NCBI GenBank assembly: GCA_017457105.1
Contig: JAFTIA010000066.1
Span: forward strand, 1 to 11,557
Length of the DNA stretch: 11,557 bases
Source: Lentisphaeria bacterium
GTDB lineage: Bacteria; Verrucomicrobiota; Lentisphaeria; Victivallales; Victivallaceae
Reading direction: 5' to 3'
Position 1 is the stretch's first letter; each line of letters opens with the position of its first letter. Shown piece after piece: positions 7,464 through 11,557 of this stretch. The notes under the pieces are model-generated. The model worked only from the letters and a program-made list of their open reading frames with translations, was not told where the DNA came from and did no database searches. The position numbers and the translations under genes are program-made.

Positions 7464-9041
7464 ATGGGAATTGTGATCGTTGCAATTGCGGCAGGTTTGT
7501 CGCTCCTGATCCTCTTTATGGCGTGGATCAACTGGTACCGCAAATGTCCGTCGGACCGGATCATGGTCATTTACGGGCGCACCGGTTTGAGTGACGGCCG
7601 TCAGAAACCGGCCTTGTGCATCCACGGCGGCGCCAAATTTGTGTGGCCCGTGTTTCAGGATTACGGATATATTTCTCTGCGCCCCATGCAGATCGAGGTC
7701 AATCTGAACAACGCTCTCTGTCAGCAGAACATCCGTATCAATGTTCCCAGCGTGTTTACGGTGGGTGTCAGCACCAAGCCGGAGATCATGGGGAACGCCG
7801 CCGAGCGTCTGCTGGGCCAGCCCCCGGATGCCATTGCGGAACTGGCGAAAGACATTATTTTCGGTCAGCTCCGTCTGGTGATCGCCTCCATGACCATTGA
7901 AGCCATCAATGCGGACCGTGAAACCTTCCTCCGTGCCGTGGAAGATAACGTGACCGAAGAATTGAAGAAGATCGGTCTGGATCTTTTGAACGTGAATGTG
8001 ACCGATATCACCGATGAATCCGGCTATATCGAAGCCATCGGGAAACGGGCCGCCGCCGAAGCCATCAACCGGGCGAAGATCGACGTTGCCGAAGAAGAAC
8101 GGAAGGGGAGCATCGGTGCCGCCGAAGCCGATAAGCAGATGCGTGTAGCCGTTTCCATGGCAAATGCCGAAGCCGCCGCCGGGGAAGCGGATGCAGACCG
8201 TGACCGCCGTATCAAGGTCCGTCAGGCAGAGGCCGCCGCCGTGACCGGCGAAGCCGATGCGGAACGGGATCAGCGTATTGCCGTGAAGCAGGCGGAAGCC
8301 CAGGCTGTGGCGGGTGAAGCGGATGCGGACCGTGACCGCCGTATCGCCGTCAAGCAGGCGGATGCTGTTGCCACCCAGGGGGAAAACCTTTCCGCCATTG
8401 AAATTGCCAAATCCAATGCCGCCCGTGCGGAACAGGAAGCGGAAGCCTACCGCAAAGCCGAAGCCGCCCGCAAGGTGGCGGATGCCCAGATCGAGCAATC
8501 CCGCTACATGGCGGAAGCCGAAGCGCAGAAGGCCCGCGCCGCCATGGAAACCGAGCGTCAGCGTGCCGAAGTGATCGTGCAGGCGGAGATCGAACGGCAG
8601 AAGATCGAGATCGCCGCCGAAGCGGAGGCTGAACGCCGCCGCCGGGAAGCCAAGGGTGAAGCCGATGCCATTTTTGCCAAACTGGAAGCCGAAGCCCGTG
8701 GTAATTTTGAGATCCTCAACTCCAAGGCCAATGGTTACCGTGCCATTGTGGATGCCTGTGCCAATGCGGATGCCGCAAGCAAGCTCCTGCTCATTGAAAA
8801 ATTGCAGGACATCGTGGCACTTCAGACCGAAGCCATCAAGAATATCCGGATCGACAAAGTTACCGTCTGGGATGGCGGAAGCAATCGCAATGGCAAGACA
8901 TCCACTGCCGACTTTTTGAGCGGCATGGTTCAGAGTTTGCCGCCGCTGCAGTCGGTGGCGCAGATGGCCGGGATCGAATTGCCGGATTATCTGGGGAAAG
9001 TCACTCCGGCGGAAGACGCCGTAAAAGAAGAAAAGGAATAA
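7464..9041 (+). CDS. Flotillin-like SPFH/Band-7 domain protein (YqiK/FloT type).
   Basis: There is an N-terminal membrane anchor ([24 protein letters not shown]), then an SPFH domain, then a long Ala/Glu-rich coiled coil with EA repeats, then a C-terminal flotillin tail. The start at ATG 7464 has AGGA (7451-7454) 9 nt upstream. The upstream in-frame ATG at 7455 has no spacing to that SD, but it is a possible alternative. The Gly/Phe-rich antisense ORF is a shadow. Confidence 0.9.
   Translation: MGIVIVAIAAGLSLLILFMAWINWYRKCPSDRIMVIYGRTGLSDGRQKPALCIHGGAKFVWPVFQDYGYISLRPMQIEVNLNNALCQQNIRINVPSVFTVGVSTKPEIMGNAAERLLGQPPDAIAELAKDIIFGQLRLVIASMTIEAINADRETFLRAVEDNVTEELKKIGLDLLNVNVTDITDESGYIEAIGKRAAAEAINRAKIDVAEEERKGSIGAAEADKQMRVAVSMANAEAAAGEADADRDRRIKVRQAEAAAVTGEADAERDQRIAVKQAEAQAVAGEADADRDRRIAVKQADAVATQGENLSAIEIAKSNAARAEQEAEAYRKAEAARKVADAQIEQSRYMAEAEAQKARAAMETERQRAEVIVQAEIERQKIEIAAEAEAERRRREAKGEADAIFAKLEAEARGNFEILNSKANGYRAIVDACANADAASKLLLIEKLQDIVALQTEAIKNIRIDKVTVWDGGSNRNGKTSTADFLSGMVQSLPPLQSVAQMAGIELPDYLGKVTPAEDAVKEEKE
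8181..8378 (+). repeat. Three tandem in-frame 66-bp (22-aa) repeats in the flotillin coiled-coil region: [22 protein letters not shown] / [22 protein letters not shown] / [22 protein letters not shown].
   Basis: Visible at the DNA level. gaagcggatgcagaccgtgaccgccgtatcaaggtccgtcaggc at 8184 recurs at 8316 at about 85% identity, with a related copy at 8250, giving a 66-bp period. Confidence 0.8.
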
Positions 9042-9045
9042 AAAA

Positions 9046-9537
9046 ATGGTTGTACTCAAAACATCTCTCGGGGATATCCGGATCGAATTGGACGAAAAGG
9101 CTGCCCCCATTACGGTAGCCAACTTTCTGCAGTATGTGCGGGATGGCTTTTATAACGGAACGATCTTTCACCGTGTGATCGACGGGTTTATGATCCAGGG
9201 TGGCGGCTTTGATGAAAATTTCAAGCAGAAAGCCACCCGGGAACCCATCAAGAACGAGGCCGCCAATCAGGTATCCAACAAGCGCGGCACCATTGCCATG
9301 GCCCGGACGCAGGTGGTGGATTCTGCAACGGCTCAGTTCTTTATCAATGTGGCAGACAATGATTTTCTGGATTTCCGTGCACCGACGATGCAGCATTTCG
9401 GTTATTGCGTGTTCGGCAAAGTGGTTGAAGGCATGGATGTGGTGGACAAGATCCGCCAGGTCAAGACCGGCAGCCGGGGCATGCACAGCGATGTTCCGAA
9501 AGAAAATGTGGTGATCATCGAGGCTGTCGAGGAATAA
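9046..9537 (+). CDS. ppiB: Peptidyl-prolyl cis-trans isomerase B, cyclophilin type.
   Basis: The 163-aa product is collinear with E. coli PpiB. Shared motifs include [49 protein letters not shown] and HSDVPKE. The SD aaggaa lies 4 nt after the flotillin stop. Confidence 0.95.
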   Translation: MVVLKTSLGDIRIELDEKAAPITVANFLQYVRDGFYNGTIFHRVIDGFMIQGGGFDENFKQKATREPIKNEAANQVSNKRGTIAMARTQVVDSATAQFFINVADNDFLDFRAPTMQHFGYCVFGKVVEGMDVVDKIRQVKTGSRGMHSDVPKENVVIIEAVEE

Positions 9538-9544
9538 GTTTATC

Positions 9545-10669
9545 ATGGTGGAAATCACAGAACTGGATCTTTGCCGGGATTTTCCCGCGCCGGATTTTCC
9601 GGTGGAGAAGATCCCGGAGGAAGAGTGGCGCAATGGCTTGATCGTCCGTATGCCCAACTGGCTGGGGGATGCGGTTATGGCGCTTCCGGCTCTGTGGCAG
9701 CTGAAAAAGATCCTGCCGGAAAACTGCGCTCTGGGGGTGGTTGCCCCGGCGGGACAGCGGGCGTTTTATCACTCGCTTCCCTGGCTGGATGTCTTGATCC
9801 CGCTGGTGGATCTGCACCGGCACTGGCGGAAGGATACCCGCCGGAAGATCCGGCGGATCAAGTTCGGTGCGGGACTGCTTTTCAATAATTCTTTGCGGGA
9901 CACCATTGAAATGCGTCTGTGCGGAGTATCACCGCTTTTTGGTACGGCGGCCCGTTGCCGTGGAATTTTTTTGAAACGCTCTTTCCACTTTGTGCCGCCC
10001 AAAGCAGGGCGGTTGCGGAAGTGTCATCATACCAATTGTTATCTGGCAGAAGCCTACGCGCTGGGGGCCCCCCGGTGGGATGGCACGCTTCCGGAGATCC
10101 GCATTGCACAGGATCTGGTGCAGATGCCTGCGGAAGTGCGGGATCTTTGCAGCCACCCGAAAATGCTGATACTGGGTGCCGGGGCGGCGTATGGTGCGGC
10201 AAAACGCTGGAGCAGTGAGTCTTATAACGCTGTGGCGGCGGATTGGATTTCCAAAGGCGGCATTGTGGTTGCGGTGGGCGGTCCTTCGGAGAAGCCCATC
10301 GGGGAGGAGATCGGGCATGGGCTGGACCCCCGGAAATATTATAACATGATGGGGAAAACAGACTTGTTTGCCCTGATGCACCTTCTGAAATCGGCGGCGG
10401 CAGCGGTGGCAAACGATAGCGGCGTGATGCATCTTACAGCGGCACTCGGGACACCGGGGGTGGCAGTATTCGGTTCTACGGATCACACTTCCACGGGGCC
10501 CATATCGAGTTCATGGAAACTGGTTTGTACGGATCAGCCCTGTTCTCCCTGTTTCTGCCGGACTTGCCCGAAAAAGGATCCCAAATGTATGAAACGCATT
10601 GAGCCGCAGACGGTGATCCGTGCATTGGGAATGTTGCGGATAAAAGGTGTTCCGGGAGAGGAAAAATGA
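9545..10669 (+). CDS. ADP-heptose:LPS heptosyltransferase, glycosyltransferase family 9 (WaaF/RfaF-like).
   Basis: It carries GT9 signatures: the N-terminal RMPNWLGDAVMALPAL and the C-terminal ANDSGVMHLTAALGTPGVAVFGSTD. It ends in a Cys-rich tail, CTDQPCSPCFCRTCPKKDPKC. It starts 8 nt after the ppiB stop. Confidence 0.85.
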   Translation: MVEITELDLCRDFPAPDFPVEKIPEEEWRNGLIVRMPNWLGDAVMALPALWQLKKILPENCALGVVAPAGQRAFYHSLPWLDVLIPLVDLHRHWRKDTRRKIRRIKFGAGLLFNNSLRDTIEMRLCGVSPLFGTAARCRGIFLKRSFHFVPPKAGRLRKCHHTNCYLAEAYALGAPRWDGTLPEIRIAQDLVQMPAEVRDLCSHPKMLILGAGAAYGAAKRWSSESYNAVAADWISKGGIVVAVGGPSEKPIGEEIGHGLDPRKYYNMMGKTDLFALMHLLKSAAAAVANDSGVMHLTAALGTPGVAVFGSTDHTSTGPISSSWKLVCTDQPCSPCFCRTCPKKDPKCMKRIEPQTVIRALGMLRIKGVPGEEK

Positions 10670-11280
10670 TTGGAAACTGTATTTTATGGCTTTTGCTGAC
10701 GGCACCTTTGCTGGTTGCCGTGGAAAATATGGAAGTAACGGGGAGCCGGGTGAATATCCGGAAAAGTCCTTCTACCAAAGGTGCTGTGATCGGCTCTGTG
10801 AAGGCGGGCGATCAACTTCAGGTAAAAGAAATCAAAGATGGCTGGGCGAGGCTGCACGGGCGGCCGGGGTTCGTTTCCGCCTCTTTTCTGCGGAGTGTAC
10901 CATTGGATGCTCCTGCAAAAAAGCCCGCTCCTGTTCCGGCAAAGAGGAGTTCTGCTGCGGAAAAGGAAAAATCTGCTCCGGCGAAGAGAGTTGCACCCGG
11001 GCAGGTGTTTCCGGATATTCCGGTGGTGCCGGGGAGCAAGCGGGATGTTACTGTGCGCGGAATGCTTTTCCCCGTCAATGGGAGGGGGAATGTGCGTTAC
11101 GCTCTTTTGAGAGCCGTTGGCGGAAAGTATGCGATCCAGTGTTACATTTATGTTTCGGCAAAGGATGCTGCCAAGTATAAAGAATTTTCGGAAACGGATG
11201 TTCAGCTGGTGGGGTACTGGTACAAAGTCCCCGGCTGGAAAACCCCCATCATGCAGGTGCGCCGGCTCAAGGGGTTGTAA
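10666..11280 (+). CDS. Secreted bacterial SH3 (SH3b) domain protein with an Ala/Pro/Lys-rich linker and a C-terminal domain of unknown function.
   Basis: The signal-peptide-like N-terminus is MIGNCILWLLLTAPLLVAVEN. The SH3b-like segment is VTGSRVNIRKSPSTKGAVIGSVKAGDQLQVKEIKDGWARL. The start codon overlaps the heptosyltransferase stop in ATGA, which suggests translational coupling. Confidence 0.75.
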   Translation: MIGNCILWLLLTAPLLVAVENMEVTGSRVNIRKSPSTKGAVIGSVKAGDQLQVKEIKDGWARLHGRPGFVSASFLRSVPLDAPAKKPAPVPAKRSSAAEKEKSAPAKRVAPGQVFPDIPVVPGSKRDVTVRGMLFPVNGRGNVRYALLRAVGGKYAIQCYIYVSAKDAAKYKEFSETDVQLVGYWYKVPGWKTPIMQVRRLKGL

Positions 11281-11305
11281 AAAAAGCTCTGTACTAAACA
11301 TAGAC

Positions 11306-11314
11306 TGATATTAT
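11306..11314 (+). promoter_or_regulatory. Extended -10 promoter element TGaTATTAT (TGn + TATTAT) with no clear -35. Predicted TSS about 11321.
   Basis: TG at 11306-11307 is followed by one nt and then TATTAT, a 5/6 match to TATAAT. It sits about 25 nt after the SH3 gene stop, at the start of a structured noncoding region. Confidence 0.3.
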
Positions 11315-11320
11315 GGAGCG

Positions 11321-11510
11321 CAGACGATCTGGATCGTCAAGCGACGGGTCAAGGGCGGCATCGTGCCGCTGCGGCCGAATGTCGGCTGTCGCTTCGCTCT
11401 CGAGCCTCCAAGCCCCTTGCGGGGATTTTCCGCCAGACCGCAGCCCTTAAATGATAAGCACCGGCCCCCTGCGCCAATAAAAAATCAGCCAGTTTACTGG
11501 CGATTTTTTC
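11321..11510 (+). ncRNA. Candidate small RNA of about 190 nt and unknown class. The region is GC-rich and multi-hairpin. Its 5' GCGCAG (11318-11323) can pair with the 3' CUGCGC (11469-11474), and it ends at a terminator.
   Basis: No ORF of 60 aa or more is present on either strand. Several local hairpins are visible: GACGATC/GATCGTC, GGCGGCA/UGCCGCU, GGCCGA/UCGGCU, and CCCC-UUGC-GGGG. The region is bounded by an extended -10 upstream and a hairpin plus U-run downstream. It has no match to the tmRNA, RNase P or SRP signatures I can recall. Confidence 0.3.
11484..11510. terminator. Bidirectional-looking intrinsic terminator. Stem atcagccag/ctggcgat (8 bp, one bulge) with loop ttta, flanked by A6 upstream and T6 downstream.
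   Basis: The hairpin is followed by tttttt on the + strand. On the minus strand the aaaaaa run gives an equivalent U-run. Confidence 0.5.
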
Positions 11511-11557
11511 CGGGGCCTTACGGTTCAGCGTAAGAAGTGCGCTGAACCCAGCCTCGC

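Noticed and set aside
4939-7485. 848-aa ORF on the minus strand spanning the hypothetical gene and the NfeD gene
   Set aside because: It is R/P/G/Q/H-rich low-complexity sequence. It crosses an intergenic region and two + strand genes that have SD-ATG starts, so it is an antisense shadow.
7461-9122. 553-aa ORF on the minus strand, antisense to the flotillin gene
   Set aside because: Its Gly/Phe-rich sequence is the reverse-complement translation of the Ala/Glu-rich coiled-coil codons, not a real protein.
9001-9657. 218-aa minus-strand ORF overlapping ppiB
   Set aside because: ppiB on the + strand matches E. coli PpiB nearly motif-for-motif, and the antisense ORF has no features.
11320-11557. 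tmRNA (ssrA) at the 3' end of the window
   Set aside because: The 5' segment UCUGGAUCGUCAAGCGACGGG loosely resembles the tmRNA GGAUUCGACGGG region. But the only double-stop frame gives an atypical tag ending ...TAALK (UGA UAA), not ...LAA. No T-arm GGUUCGAAUCC-like motif or acceptor pairing is visible, and the length before the terminator (190 nt) is too short.
11300-11557. RNase P RNA or SRP RNA
   Set aside because: The universally conserved P4 AGGAAAGUCCGGGCUCC motif of RNase P is absent, and so is the GGAAGCAG domain IV motif of SRP RNA.
1-11557. CRISPR arrays, IS elements or integrases, tRNA or rRNA genes
   Set aside because: I saw no spaced direct-repeat arrays, no transposase- or integrase-like ORFs, no terminal inverted repeats flanking a gene, and no tRNA- or rRNA-like sequence.

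Overview
This 11.6-kb window is high-GC and gene-dense. All confident genes are on the + strand. It looks like a chromosome of a PVC-superphylum bacterium (Lentisphaerae, Verrucomicrobia or Planctomycetes). The clearest marker is a prepilin-type N-terminal methylation-domain protein with a C-terminal H-X9-DG motif (DUF1559-like).

Two functional blocks are visible.

(1) 595-6747 is a carbohydrate-utilisation-like module. Its genes are, in order: a GntR-family regulator with a sugar-binding-like C-terminal domain, the DUF1559 pseudopilin-like protein, a signal-peptide-bearing heparinase II/III-like polysaccharide lyase, and a 659-aa cytoplasmic protein of unknown function with a Cys cluster.

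(2) 6853-11280 is a tightly packed five-gene operon with very short gaps and stop/start overlaps. Its genes are, in order: an NfeD-like membrane protein, a flotillin-like SPFH protein that contains a triplicated 66-bp in-frame repeat, cyclophilin PpiB, a GT9 LPS heptosyltransferase, and a secreted SH3b-domain protein.

The flanks are noncoding. At the 5' end there is a strong intrinsic terminator (389-423), then a near-consensus sigma70 promoter (TTGACT-17-TATAAT) for the regulator gene. At the 3' end there is a 200-nt GC-rich, hairpin-rich region. It is bounded by an extended -10 element on one side and a bidirectional terminator on the other, so I flag it as a candidate small RNA.

The long antisense ORFs in the track are shadows of the high-GC coding strand. 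I found no CRISPR, rRNA, tRNA or mobile elements.
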